A stretch of DNA of 64,000 nucleotides from an uncultured Alphaproteobacteria bacterium. GTDB lineage: Bacteria; Pseudomonadota; Alphaproteobacteria; Acetobacterales; Acetobacteraceae. A program made the translations under genes and the position numbers. This document shows positions 18,932 through 28,389 of the stretch, piece after piece. The stretch's first letter is position 1. Every line of letters begins with the position of its first letter. The DNA is taken from positions 118,679-182,678 of the forward strand of contig CAWBLP010000031.1 in NCBI GenBank assembly GCA_963789495.1, given 5' to 3'. The notes beneath the pieces were generated by a model that saw only the letters and a program-made list of their open reading frames with translations, made no database searches and was not told the DNA's origin.

Positions 18932-20389
18932 TCAGAACCGGAAATACAGAAACGGCACGACGTGCGGCGCGAAGAACAGCGCCTGCACGCTGAAGGCGAA
19001 GCTGCCGGCCAGCGCCCAATGCCGCGCGCGGTCGGTCATTTCCTGCACGGACGGGGCGAGCAGCACGATCGCCCAGCCCAGGACCAGGCAGGCGGTGACC
19101 TCCGGGAAGCTCAGCGTGCGCGCGTCGCCGAGGAACGGCAGCACCGGCACCGGTGTCGCGATCGCGGCGAGCGGTGGCACGGCGTGCACGATCATCTGCG
19201 GCAGCAGGCTGCCGTTCAGCCCGGCCATGGCGCGCAGCATGGACCAGGCGGTGTCCAGCCCGTCTGCCCGAAACGGCACCCAGGCCACGACCACGGCGAG
19301 CAGGGTCAGTCCCTGCGAGACCAACCCGGGCAGCCGCGCCCGCCACAGCGTCTGCACCACCAGGAACAGCCCGTGCAGCCCGCCCCACAGCACGAAATTC
19401 CACCCGGCGCCGTGCCACAGGCCGCACAGCAGCATCGTCGTCATCAGGTTCGCCACATGGCGGGGCGGACCGCAGCGGCTGCCGCCCAGCGGGATATAGA
19501 CGTAGTCGCGCAGGAACCAGCCGAGGGTGATATGCCAGCGGCGCCAGAATTCCCCGATATTGCGCGCCTGGTACGGGCTGGCGAAATTCTCCGGGAAGTG
19601 CACGTTCATCATCCGCGCCAGCCCGATCGCCATATCGGAATAGCCGGAAAAATCGAAGTAGATCTGCAGGCTGTAGGCGAGCGTGGCGTACCAGGCCTCG
19701 AACAGGCTCAGCGTGTCGCCGTGGGCCGCGGCGTTGAAGCCGACATCGGCGAAGTTGCCGAAGGTGTCGCCGAGGACGAGTTTCTTGGCCAGGCCGAGCA
19801 GGAAGAGGAGCAGGCCGGCGGCGATGGCTTCGGCGCGCGGGATGGCGAAGGCCGGGGCGGTGAGCTGCGGGATGATGTCGCGCGGGCGGACGATCGGGCC
19901 GGCGATGAGATGCGGGAAGAAGGCGACGAAGGCGGCGTAATGCAGCAGGTCGCAGTCGGCGCATTCGCCGCGGGCGCGACCGACCAGGAACATGATCTGC
20001 TGGAAGGTGAAGAAGCTGATCGCGAGCGGCAGGAAGATGCGCAGCCCGGTAGCCTGGGGGGCGACGCTGTGCAGCAGGAAGTCGGCATATTTGAACCAGC
20101 CCAGCAGACACAGGTTGAAAGCGATGCCGGCGATCAGCCAGGCGCGGCGTCGCCCGGGGTCATCGCGTCGGGCCAGGTCGCGCAGCCGGCACGACACGGC
20201 GTAGTTGGTGAGGATCGAGCCGACCAGCAGCAGTACCAGCGGCGGCTTCCACCAGCCGTAGAAGAACAGGCTCGCGGCCAGCAGCCCGCGCAAGGCCCAG
20301 ACCACCCCGGCCTGGCGACCGAGGAGGAAGAATCCCGCCAGGCAGACCGGCAGGAAGCCCAGCACGAATGCCTGCGACTGGAACAACAT
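18932..20389 (-). CDS. MBOAT-family membrane-bound O-acyltransferase (AlgI/DltB-like)
   Basis: 485 aa, multi-TM. N-terminus MLFQSQAFVLGFLPV. FWRRWHITLGWFLRDYVYIPLGG and LCGLWHGAGWNF contain the conserved His. Confidence 0.9.
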   Translation of the reverse strand: MLFQSQAFVLGFLPVCLAGFFLLGRQAGVVWALRGLLAASLFFYGWWKPPLVLLLVGSILTNYAVSCRLRDLARRDDPGRRRAWLIAGIAFNLCLLGWFKYADFLLHSVAPQATGLRIFLPLAISFFTFQQIMFLVGRARGECADCDLLHYAAFVAFFPHLIAGPIVRPRDIIPQLTAPAFAIPRAEAIAAGLLLFLLGLAKKLVLGDTFGNFADVGFNAAAHGDTLSLFEAWYATLAYSLQIYFDFSGYSDMAIGLARMMNVHFPENFASPYQARNIGEFWRRWHITLGWFLRDYVYIPLGGSRCGPPRHVANLMTTMLLCGLWHGAGWNFVLWGGLHGLFLVVQTLWRARLPGLVSQGLTLLAVVVAWVPFRADGLDTAWSMLRAMAGLNGSLLPQMIVHAVPPLAAIATPVPVLPFLGDARTLSFPEVTACLVLGWAIVLLAPSVQEMTDRARHWALAGSFAFSVQALFFAPHVVPFLYFRF

Positions 20390-20488
20390 GGCGCTGGGCG
20401 GACTGTGCCAGGGCCGGGATAAGCAAGTGTGAACGCCGGGGACGGCCCGCGCTGCCGCCGGATGCGCGGCGAAACAGGCCCGACCCGG

Positions 20489-21106
20489 TCAGGCGGAAAT
20501 GGTGCCTGCCCCGCCTTGCGCGCGTTGCTCCAGCCGCTGGCGCAGCATGTCGATGCGGTCGCCACCCCAGAACAGCTCGCCGTCCAGCACCATGGTGGGC
20601 ACGCCGAACACGCCCAGTTCCTCGGCCTCATTGAGAATCCGGTCGTGTTCCTGCCGGCCCGGACCGTCCGCATAGGCGGCGAAGGCATCGGCCGATCCAC
20701 CCAGTTCGGCGATCAGCGCCTGCATCTGGTCCGGCGCGTCCAGGTCCAGCGCGCGCGCCCAGAACCGTGCAAACACCGTCTCATGATAGGCGGGGAAGAA
20801 CCCGTGACGCTGCGCGAACAGCATCCCCACGCTGGCCAGGTAGCCGTTGAAGACGCGCTGCGGCCCTTTCAGCACCAGGCCCTGCGCATTGGCGTAGCGG
20901 CGCGCGTCCATGTACGAGTAGCGCACGCGGCGCCATTGATGCGGCGACCGCGCCTCCATTGCGCCCAGGTAGTCGGCGATGCGCAGCGTGTAGGGCAGCC
21001 ATTCCAGCGTCACGCCGTGGCTCTGCTCCAGCGCGAGCAGCGGCCGGTTGGCGACATAGGCGTAGGGGCTCTTGTAGTCGGTATAGACGCGGACACAGGG
21101 TTGCAT
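20489..21106 (-). CDS. 2-hydroxychromene-2-carboxylate isomerase family (DsbA-like) protein
   Basis: 205 aa. VYTDYKSPYAYV N-terminus and GVFGVPTMVLDGELFWGGDRIDML C-terminus are typical of HCCA isomerase / DsbA-like thioredoxin-fold proteins. Confidence 0.8.
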   Translation of the reverse strand: MQPCVRVYTDYKSPYAYVANRPLLALEQSHGVTLEWLPYTLRIADYLGAMEARSPHQWRRVRYSYMDARRYANAQGLVLKGPQRVFNGYLASVGMLFAQRHGFFPAYHETVFARFWARALDLDAPDQMQALIAELGGSADAFAAYADGPGRQEHDRILNEAEELGVFGVPTMVLDGELFWGGDRIDMLRQRLEQRAQGGAGTISA

Positions 21107-21126
21107 CGGCGGGTCGGTTCCTCCGG

Positions 21127-22824
21127 TCAGAGACGGTCGCGGCGGATCACGATGCCGGCCTGCGCGCGATCCCAGGTGTCCGGGGTGATCCCCTGCCCGC
21201 GCAGCACGTGCTTCTGCACCTTCTCGGTCGGCGTCTTCGGCAGCGCGTCCACGATCCGCACATAGCGCGGCACCATGTAATGCGGCACCCGGTCGCGCAG
21301 ATGCGCCACGATGTCGGCCGGCGCGAGCACGCGGCCGGACACCGGCGCCACCACCACCATCACCTCATCCTCGGTATATTCGCTCGGCACCGGTACCGCC
21401 GCGGCTTCGCGGATATCCGGATGGGCCAGCAGCTCCACCTCGATCTCGTAGGAGGAGATATTTTCGCCGCGCCGGCGGATCGCGTCCTTCATCCGGTCGA
21501 CGAAGGTGAAATCGCCGTCGGCATCGCGCAGGAACGCGTCGCCGGTGTGGAACCAGCCATTGCGCCAGGCCTCCGCCGTGGCGACGGGGTTGTTGTGGTA
21601 GCCATGCGTCATCGCCCAGGGCTGCGCTGTGCGCACCACGAGCTGGCCCACCGTGCCGTCCGCCACCGGGCAGTCATGCGCGTCGACCAGCCGCACCTCC
21701 ACCCCCGGGCGCGGCCGGCCGCAGATGCCGGGTTTGTCCGGGTTGGCGGCGGACAGCAGCGGCGTGCTGATCTCGGTCATGTTGAACAGGGTGTAGACGT
21801 CGGTGCCAAAGCGCTCGCGGAACGGCGGCCCGCTCTGCCCCAGCGGCACGATGAACACCATGCGCAGCGTGTGGTCGCGATCGTCCGGCCGCGGCGGCGC
21901 CTTCAGCAGGAAGGTGGCCATCGCGCCGAGCAGGAAGACGACGGTCACCTCCATGCGGCGCACAGAGGCCCAGAATGTGTCGGTGCGGAATGCATCGACC
22001 ACCGCGATGGAGCTGCCCGAGCACAGGCAGACGCTGGCCACGAAGGCGCCGCCGATATGGAAGATCGGCATATGCAGCAGGTGGCGGTCGCCCGGCCGGG
22101 TGCAGCTCCAGGTCTCCGGCGCCGCCGCCGAATAGCTGTGCATGTAGGTGGACAGCACGCCCTTGGACCGGCCGGTGGTGCCGGAGGTGTACATGATCGA
22201 CTGCAGGTCCCAGGACTCGATCGGTCGCGCCGGTGCGGGTGCGTCCTCGGCGCGGCCGAACAGAAGGTCGATCGGCAGCACCACCCGGCCGACCGCGCCG
22301 GGATCGGGCGCCACCGCGCCAGGGGAGATACCCGAGGAGATGCCAGGGGAAATGCCAGAGGAGATGCGAGAGGAGATGCCAGAGGAAATGATCCTCGTCA
22401 GCGTCGGCGCGGCGATCCCGGCGACCCGCTCCACCAGGCTTTCATGCACGATCGCGCAGCACGCTCCGGAATCGGCGACCACATGCTCCAGCAGGCTGCC
22501 CTTCAGCGCCGGGTTGATCGGCACGAACACGGCACCCAGCCAGTTGATCGCGAACAGCGCCTGCACCGCCAGGGCGGCGTTCGGCAGCATCACCAGGACC
22601 CGGTCGTCCTGCCGCACGCCGGCCGCATACAGGCCCGCGGCCGCCACACGCACATGGTGCAGCGTCTCGCGGAAGCTCCAGCGCGCGCCGTCCTCGAACA
22701 CCGCGTAGGTCGCGTCGGGACGCTCCCGCGCCTGGCGTTCCAGCGCGTCGCGTATCACGCAGACCTCACGCGGCAGCACGCCATTCGACTGATCCGGCGC
22801 CGCGGCCTCGCACTGTGACGTCAT
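21127..22824 (-). CDS. AMP-dependent acyl-CoA synthetase/ligase
   Basis: 566 aa from ATG 22824 (MTSQCEA...). AMP-binding motif YTSGTTGRSKGV; TGDAFLRDADGDFTFVDRMKD; PKTPTEKVQK. Contains an in-frame tetrapeptide repeat insert. Confidence 0.85.
   Translation of the reverse strand: MTSQCEAAAPDQSNGVLPREVCVIRDALERQARERPDATYAVFEDGARWSFRETLHHVRVAAAGLYAAGVRQDDRVLVMLPNAALAVQALFAINWLGAVFVPINPALKGSLLEHVVADSGACCAIVHESLVERVAGIAAPTLTRIISSGISSRISSGISPGISSGISPGAVAPDPGAVGRVVLPIDLLFGRAEDAPAPARPIESWDLQSIMYTSGTTGRSKGVLSTYMHSYSAAAPETWSCTRPGDRHLLHMPIFHIGGAFVASVCLCSGSSIAVVDAFRTDTFWASVRRMEVTVVFLLGAMATFLLKAPPRPDDRDHTLRMVFIVPLGQSGPPFRERFGTDVYTLFNMTEISTPLLSAANPDKPGICGRPRPGVEVRLVDAHDCPVADGTVGQLVVRTAQPWAMTHGYHNNPVATAEAWRNGWFHTGDAFLRDADGDFTFVDRMKDAIRRRGENISSYEIEVELLAHPDIREAAAVPVPSEYTEDEVMVVVAPVSGRVLAPADIVAHLRDRVPHYMVPRYVRIVDALPKTPTEKVQKHVLRGQGITPDTWDRAQAGIVIRRDRL
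22318..22392. repeat. About six tandem 12-bp units inside the acyl-CoA synthetase CDS
   Basis: ggagatgccaga-like units read directly. On the coding (minus) strand they give ISSGISSRISSGISPGISSGISPG. Confidence 0.8.
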
Positions 22825-23007
22825 CGGCTCCTCGTCCCGGTCCTTCCCCGGCCGGCGCTGTTCGATCCCCGCCGCCTCACAGCCACGCATCCGGACCGGT
22901 TGCGCGGCCGAGGCGTTGATCACCCGCCCGCCTGCCGGCGTCAATCACCTGGTACCGCGCGACGGGCTGCGGTTCCAGCGCGACCGAACCTGCTCTAAGA
23001 AGCGCGC

Positions 23008-24174
23008 ATGACCGACGACCTGCCCAACCCGGCCCTGCTGCCGGCTGGCCTGCGCGACCTGCTGCCACCGGATGCGGAGACCGAAGCCTCCGCCGTCGAG
23101 GCGCTGATGGGCGTGTTCGCGGCCCACGGCTACCAGCGGGTGAAGCCGCCGCTGCTGGAATTCGAGGATTCGCTGCTCGCCGGCTCCGGTGCCGCGGTGG
23201 CGGAGCAGACCTTCCGGCTGATGGACCCGGACAGCCAGCGCATGATGGGGCTGCGCGCCGATACCACGCCGCAGGTGGCGCGCATTGCCACCACCAGGCT
23301 GGGCACCGCGCCGCGCCCGCTGCGCCTGTCCTATGCCGGGCAGTGCCTGCGCGTGCGCGGCACCCAGCTCGCGCCGGACCGCCAGATCGCCCAGGCCGGC
23401 ATCGAGCTGATCGGCCCGGACAGTAGCGAAGCCGACGCCGAGATCGTGCTGGTCGGCGCCGAGGCGCTGGCCTCGCTTGGCCTGACCCGGGTCAGTTTCG
23501 ACCTGACCTTGCCGATGCTGGTCCCGACCCTGCTGGATGCCGCCGGCATTGCCGGGTCCTCCCGGACATCGCTGGCCCGCGCGCTGGATCGCAAGGACGC
23601 CGCTGCGGTGGCGCGGCATGGCGGACCCCTGGCGCCGGTGCTGACCGAGCTGCTGCTGGCGGCGGGACCCGCGGATCGCGCGCTGGCCGCTTTGCAGACC
23701 GCCGCCCTGCCGCCGCTCGCCGCGACCCTGGCCGGCCGCCTCACCGAGGTGGTGGCCGCGATCCGCGCCCGCGCGCCGGCACTGCGGCTCACCATCGATC
23801 CGGTCGAGTTCCGCGGGTTCCGCTACGAGACCGGGGTGTCGGTCACCATCTACGCGCCGGGTCGCCACGAGGAGCTGGGCCGCGGCGGCCGCTATATCTG
23901 CGGCGAGGCGGAGCCCGCCACCGGCCTGACCCTGTTCCCCGATGCGGCGCTGCGCGCCGCCCCGCCCCGCCAGGCGCGACCCCGCGTGTTCGTGCCGGTC
24001 GCGACCGGCACGAACATCACAGCGCGGTTGCGGTGCGAGGGCTATGCGACCGTCGCGGCCTTGTCCGCCGTGGCCGATCCCGTGTCGGAGGCGCGGCGGC
24101 TCGGCTGCACCCATGTCGTGGTGGATGACGCGGCGGTGGCCCTGGCCCGCCCCCCGGGTCCGGCCCCGGCCTGA
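23008..24174 (+). CDS. hisZ: ATP phosphoribosyltransferase regulatory subunit
   Basis: 388 aa. LLPAGLRDLLPPDAE and FRLMDPDSQRMMGLRADTTPQVARI are HisRS-like class II core motifs characteristic of HisZ. Confidence 0.8.
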   Translation: MTDDLPNPALLPAGLRDLLPPDAETEASAVEALMGVFAAHGYQRVKPPLLEFEDSLLAGSGAAVAEQTFRLMDPDSQRMMGLRADTTPQVARIATTRLGTAPRPLRLSYAGQCLRVRGTQLAPDRQIAQAGIELIGPDSSEADAEIVLVGAEALASLGLTRVSFDLTLPMLVPTLLDAAGIAGSSRTSLARALDRKDAAAVARHGGPLAPVLTELLLAAGPADRALAALQTAALPPLAATLAGRLTEVVAAIRARAPALRLTIDPVEFRGFRYETGVSVTIYAPGRHEELGRGGRYICGEAEPATGLTLFPDAALRAAPPRQARPRVFVPVATGTNITARLRCEGYATVAALSAVADPVSEARRLGCTHVVVDDAAVALARPPGPAPA

Positions 24175-24321
24175 GCTGCTGCGGTGGCGAGGTGTCCCGC
24201 CGGCGCGCTGAACTGAGTCGCAGAGTACTGATCCAATCCGCCGGGGCGCTGAGCTGACCCGCGGGATGGCCGGCGCAGGCTGCGTGCGCGTCGAAGTGGC
24301 GGGCGGACACACTCTCCTTCC

Positions 24322-24372
24322 GTCATGGCCGAACCCTGACCCGGCCATCTCCACCGGAACGATCGGGTCGCG
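24322..24372. repeat. REP-like hairpin element (GTCATGGCC..CCCGGCCATC family), copy 1
   Basis: gtcatggccgaaccctgacccggccatctccaccggaacgatcgggtcgcg. Same about 50-bp consensus as 46939-46988 and 50730-50778. Confidence 0.75.
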
Positions 24373-24497
24373 CCGCCCGCGCTGCATGCCCGTCCTCGGA
24401 TAGCTGGCCGGATCAGGTTCGGCCACGACGAGACGTGCGTGAAGCGTGCAGCTCGCGGGCCACTCCAGAGCCCGCTGCGTTCGCGACCCGCCGGCGC

Positions 24498-25418
24498 CTA
24501 CGCGGCCGATCCCGGCCAGGCACCCGAGCGGGGTCCCTCGCGCGCCACCGACCGAATGGTCGCGTGAAACGCATCGAGCAGCGGGCTGCGCGCCCGATCG
24601 GTGGCGCGGACGATGGCAAGCGGCCACCAGGCGCGCGGCCGGAACGGCAGCGCCTGCACCGCACCCGCCTGCAGGTCGGTCGCAAAGGCGCCGCGGGTCA
24701 GCAGGCTGAACCCGACGCCCGCCTGGATCAGCGCACGAATGATCGAATGATCGTCCACCTCGGCGCGGATGTTCAGCGTGATGCCGGTGCGCGCCACCCA
24801 GGTGTCGAGCAGCCGCCGCGAGGCATTGGGACGACTGGGCAGCAGCAGCGGCACCTCGGCCAGGTCGGCCACCCGCACATGATCGCGACCGAAGGGCGAC
24901 ACGCCGGCGCGGCCCACCAGGAACACTTCCTCCCGCAGCAACGGCGTGATCTCGAAGCCTTTCTGCGGCAGCGGATCGTGCAGGCAGGCAATATCCGCCT
25001 CGCCGCGGATCAGCCATTCATGGATGTGGCTGGAGAAGCCGCCCACCAGGCGCAGGAACACGTTCGGATAGGCGGCGCCGAACCGCTGCACCAGAGCCGG
25101 CACCAGGAAATGCGCGGCGGCCGGCGGCACCGCGAAGGAAATTTTGCCGGATGGACCGCGCTGTCCGTTCAGGATCTCGGCCCGCGCCTGCTCGAGTTCG
25201 CGCAACACGGACTGACAGCGGACCAGCAGCACGCTGCCGGCCTCGGTCAGGCTGACGCCATGGCCGTGGCGGCGGAACAGCCTGGCGCCCAGCTCGTCTT
25301 CCAGCTTGCCGATCTGCCGGCTGACCGCGGGTTGGGAAATCCGCAGCAGCTCGGCACCACGGCTGTAGCTGCCGCTCTCCGCCACGGTCTGGAAATAACG
25401 CAGTGCACGGGTTTCCAT
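24498..25418 (-). CDS. LysR-family transcriptional regulator
   Basis: Start taken at METRALRYFQTVAESGSYSRGAELLRISQPAVSRQIGKLE (wHTH). Divergent from the LLM oxidoreductase gene. Confidence 0.9.
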   Translation of the reverse strand: METRALRYFQTVAESGSYSRGAELLRISQPAVSRQIGKLEDELGARLFRRHGHGVSLTEAGSVLLVRCQSVLRELEQARAEILNGQRGPSGKISFAVPPAAAHFLVPALVQRFGAAYPNVFLRLVGGFSSHIHEWLIRGEADIACLHDPLPQKGFEITPLLREEVFLVGRAGVSPFGRDHVRVADLAEVPLLLPSRPNASRRLLDTWVARTGITLNIRAEVDDHSIIRALIQAGVGFSLLTRGAFATDLQAGAVQALPFRPRAWWPLAIVRATDRARSPLLDAFHATIRSVAREGPRSGAWPGSAA

Positions 25419-25537
25419 CACAGGCGCATCCCGACCGGCCCGATCCAACGTTCCGGTTATGAGGCCTATGCGTCTTATGCCTTGGACGCAAGAACGCAGC
25501 TTTCCTACCGTTCGCCCATGACAAGGGGACCGGGCGC

Positions 25538-26608
25538 ATGAAATTCGGATTGCTCAGCCAGATCCAGGTGCCGCGACCGTGGGGCGAGACCACCGAGCGG
25601 CAGACCTACTGGGATAATCTGGACCATGCGGTGGCGGCAGAAGCCGCCGGGTTCAGCCATTTCTGGCTCACCGAGCAGCATTTCTTCGCCGAGATCGGCC
25701 ATTGCGCGGCCCCGGAGATGGTGCTGGCCGCGCTGTCACAGCGCACCCGCACCATCCGGCTGGGCTTCGCGGTGATCCTGATGCCCTGCCACAACCCGTT
25801 CATGATCGCCGAACGCGTCGCCACGCTGGACATCCTGTCGAACGGGCGCTGCGAGTTCGGCGCCGGCCGCGGCACCGCGCCCTATGTGGTGGAAGGCCTC
25901 GGCATCAATCCCGATCCGGTCTACGGCCGGGAGATGACGCGTGAGGCACTGGATGCGGTCATCCAGATGCTGGAGCAGGAGCAGTTCCCCGGCTTCAAGA
26001 GCGCGCATCTGGACCTGCCGGCGCGCCAGGTGATCCCGCGTCCGGTGCAGCGCCCGCATCCGCCGCTGTGGTTCGCGGCCTCCAACCTCGAGACATTCGA
26101 GCGGGCCGGCGAAGCCGGGGTCGGCGTGATCGGCGTGACCCGCTACACGCCGGAGGAGGTTCGGCCGCATGTGCAGGCGTACAAGGCGGCGGTCCGCAAC
26201 GTCGATCCGGCGAAGATGGCCGGGCGGTTCGTCAATGACTGCGCGGCGGCCTTCGTGATCGGCTGCGTGCATGACGACGATGCCACCGGCAAGGCTCTGG
26301 GCTGCGCCGCCGCGCGGTTCTACTACGGCGACAACGACGCGGAGCTGAACGTGGTGCGCTTCGGGTCGTCGGAGGGCGTCGCGCGCATCAAGGCGCGGAT
26401 GGCGTCCTATTCCGACGACGCGCTGCTGGAGACCGGCATGGCGATCGGCGGCAATCCCGATTCGGTCTGTCGCCAGGTGGAGAAATGGGCGTCGATCGGG
26501 CTGGATCAGATGGTGTTCATGATGCAGATCGGCCGCACCACGCATGACCAGGTGATGCGCTCGATCGAGCTGATCGGGGAGAAGGTGATCCCGCGCTTCG
26601 CCGACTGA
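25538..26608 (+). CDS. LLM-class (luciferase-like) flavin-dependent oxidoreductase
   Basis: 356 aa. MKFGLLSQ..., HFWLTEQHF and the TIM-barrel LLM pattern. Confidence 0.8.
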   Translation: MKFGLLSQIQVPRPWGETTERQTYWDNLDHAVAAEAAGFSHFWLTEQHFFAEIGHCAAPEMVLAALSQRTRTIRLGFAVILMPCHNPFMIAERVATLDILSNGRCEFGAGRGTAPYVVEGLGINPDPVYGREMTREALDAVIQMLEQEQFPGFKSAHLDLPARQVIPRPVQRPHPPLWFAASNLETFERAGEAGVGVIGVTRYTPEEVRPHVQAYKAAVRNVDPAKMAGRFVNDCAAAFVIGCVHDDDATGKALGCAAARFYYGDNDAELNVVRFGSSEGVARIKARMASYSDDALLETGMAIGGNPDSVCRQVEKWASIGLDQMVFMMQIGRTTHDQVMRSIELIGEKVIPRFAD

Positions 26609-26681
26609 GCGGTTGCCTGCGCGCCGGCCGTGCGCACCGACGTAAGTCCGGTGGCGCAAGGCGGGAGAGAAAGGACGCGTC

Positions 26682-27839
26682 ATGTCGAAGCACGACTTTC
26701 CGCCGGAGGAATTCGCCGACCGCCTGGCGCGCACGCGGGCGGCGATCGGCGACGCGGGGCTGGACTGGCTGCTGGTCATCCATCCGATGTCGCTGCACTG
26801 GCTGATCGGCGCGGAGACCAAGAGCTATCAGACCTTCCAGTGCCTGCCGGTGTCAGCCAGGCCCGGACCGTTGGTGATGTTCACCCGCGAGTCGGAACGC
26901 TGTGAGTTCATCGAAGACTCGCTGGCAGACGAGGTCGTTGGCTGGGGCGGCAGCGAGCCTGCAGATCCGCTCGACGCATTTGCGACGCTGCTGGACCGGC
27001 TGGGTGCGCGCCAGGCGCGGGTCGGGCTGGAGACACCGGCCTACTATTTGCACCCGCATCATTATGTCCGCCTGAAGGACATGCTGGGCGACCGGCTGGT
27101 CGCCGAACCGGTCAATCTCGTGGCCGGATTGAAGCAGGTGAAGTCGGCGCGCGAGATCGGGTTCGTGCGCGAATCCGCGCGCATCGCCGATCTGGCGATG
27201 GCCGCCTGCGTCGGCGCCGTGGCGGCGGGCCGCACCGAGCTGGAGATTGCCGCCGCGGTTTATGAGACGTTGCTGCGCGAAGGAAGTTCACTGCCGGCGA
27301 GCGTGATGAACCTGGTGACCGGGGAACGCTGCGGCTTCTCGCATGGCGCACCGACGCTGCGGCGCCTGCGTCCCGGCGATCCGGGCAATGTCGAACTTGG
27401 CGCGGCCTATCGCCGCTACACCAAGACCATCGGCCGGCAGTTCAACCTCGGCCGGCCCTCGCCACGGGTTCGCGCACTGTATGGCGTGGCACGCGCCGCC
27501 TTCGATGCCTGCCTGGCGGAGATCCGCGACGGCGTGCCGGCGATCGTGCCGCACGAGGCGGCCAAGCGCGTCATCGCCGATGCCGGGATGGATCGGTATC
27601 GCGTGCACACCAGCGGCTATTCCGTTGGCGCCGGCGTGCCGCCTTCGTGGGGAGAGCCGCTCAACATGTTCGGTGGCAGCACGGATATCCTGCGTGCCGG
27701 CATGGTGGTGTCGGTGGAGCCGCCGGTGTTCATCGCCGAGGAACGGATCGGCGCGCGCATCATCGACAATGTGCTGGTGACGGAGACCGGCGCGGAGCTG
27801 TTGTCCGGCTACACGCTCGACCTGATCGTGATCGATTGA
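26682..27839 (+). CDS. M24-family metallopeptidase (Xaa-Pro dipeptidase / creatinase-like)
   Basis: 385 aa. N-terminal creatinase-like domain and C-terminal pita-bread fold (GMVVSVEPPVF, IIDNVLVTETGAELL). Confidence 0.75.
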   Translation: MSKHDFPPEEFADRLARTRAAIGDAGLDWLLVIHPMSLHWLIGAETKSYQTFQCLPVSARPGPLVMFTRESERCEFIEDSLADEVVGWGGSEPADPLDAFATLLDRLGARQARVGLETPAYYLHPHHYVRLKDMLGDRLVAEPVNLVAGLKQVKSAREIGFVRESARIADLAMAACVGAVAAGRTELEIAAAVYETLLREGSSLPASVMNLVTGERCGFSHGAPTLRRLRPGDPGNVELGAAYRRYTKTIGRQFNLGRPSPRVRALYGVARAAFDACLAEIRDGVPAIVPHEAAKRVIADAGMDRYRVHTSGYSVGAGVPPSWGEPLNMFGGSTDILRAGMVVSVEPPVFIAEERIGARIIDNVLVTETGAELLSGYTLDLIVID

Positions 27840-28017
27840 GCGATCGCAGCGGGTAAATCGCTCAGCCGCTCACCGATGGCTGCCGGTCCGTCATGGCTGG
27901 CACAGACCGGCCGTGCCTCCGCCTGGTTGGTGCATGGATGGAAATCGTGGATGATCGGTCCACCGCGTCCGACCGGGCGATGGGCTGCGCCGACCATGAC
28001 GCGGGACAGAGGGAAGC

Positions 28018-28389
28018 ATGCAGATTTCCGGCGTCATACCGCAGCTGCGCACGACGGACCTGGCCGCCTCGATCGCGTTCTACACCACGAAACTCGGCAT
28101 GACGCTCGCGTTCCAATACCAGGATTTCTACGCCGGCATCCAGGCGGGCACGCAGACATTCCATCTGAAGCGCAGCGACGATGTCGATCCGTCGATCGCC
28201 TTCGTGCAGCGCCAGCAGCATTTTCATCTGTATTTCACCACACCGGACATTCGGGCGGCGGCCGAAGCGGTGCGACGCAACGGCGTGACGCTGGCACAGG
28301 ACGTGCACGATACGCCGTGGGGCACACGGGAATTCGTCATTCAGGACAACCAGGGTCACATCCTGTATTTCGGTCAGGACAGCGCATGA
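28018..28389 (+). CDS. VOC-family / glyoxalase-bleomycin-resistance-like protein
   Basis: 123 aa. PQLRTTDLAASIAFYTTKLGM ... WGTREFVIQDNQGHILYFGQ. Confidence 0.8.
   Translation: MQISGVIPQLRTTDLAASIAFYTTKLGMTLAFQYQDFYAGIQAGTQTFHLKRSDDVDPSIAFVQRQQHFHLYFTTPDIRAAAEAVRRNGVTLAQDVHDTPWGTREFVIQDNQGHILYFGQDSA

Noticed and set aside
18725-22818. Plus-strand ORFs of 565 aa (18725-20422) and 619 aa (20959-22818)
   Set aside because: They are antisense to the MBOAT and acyl-CoA synthetase genes and have biased Arg/His/Gln/Gly composition.
22945-25017. 690-aa minus-strand ORF
   Set aside because: It is antisense to hisZ and runs into the LysR gene in the wrong frame. It is Arg/Gly/Pro-rich with no motifs.
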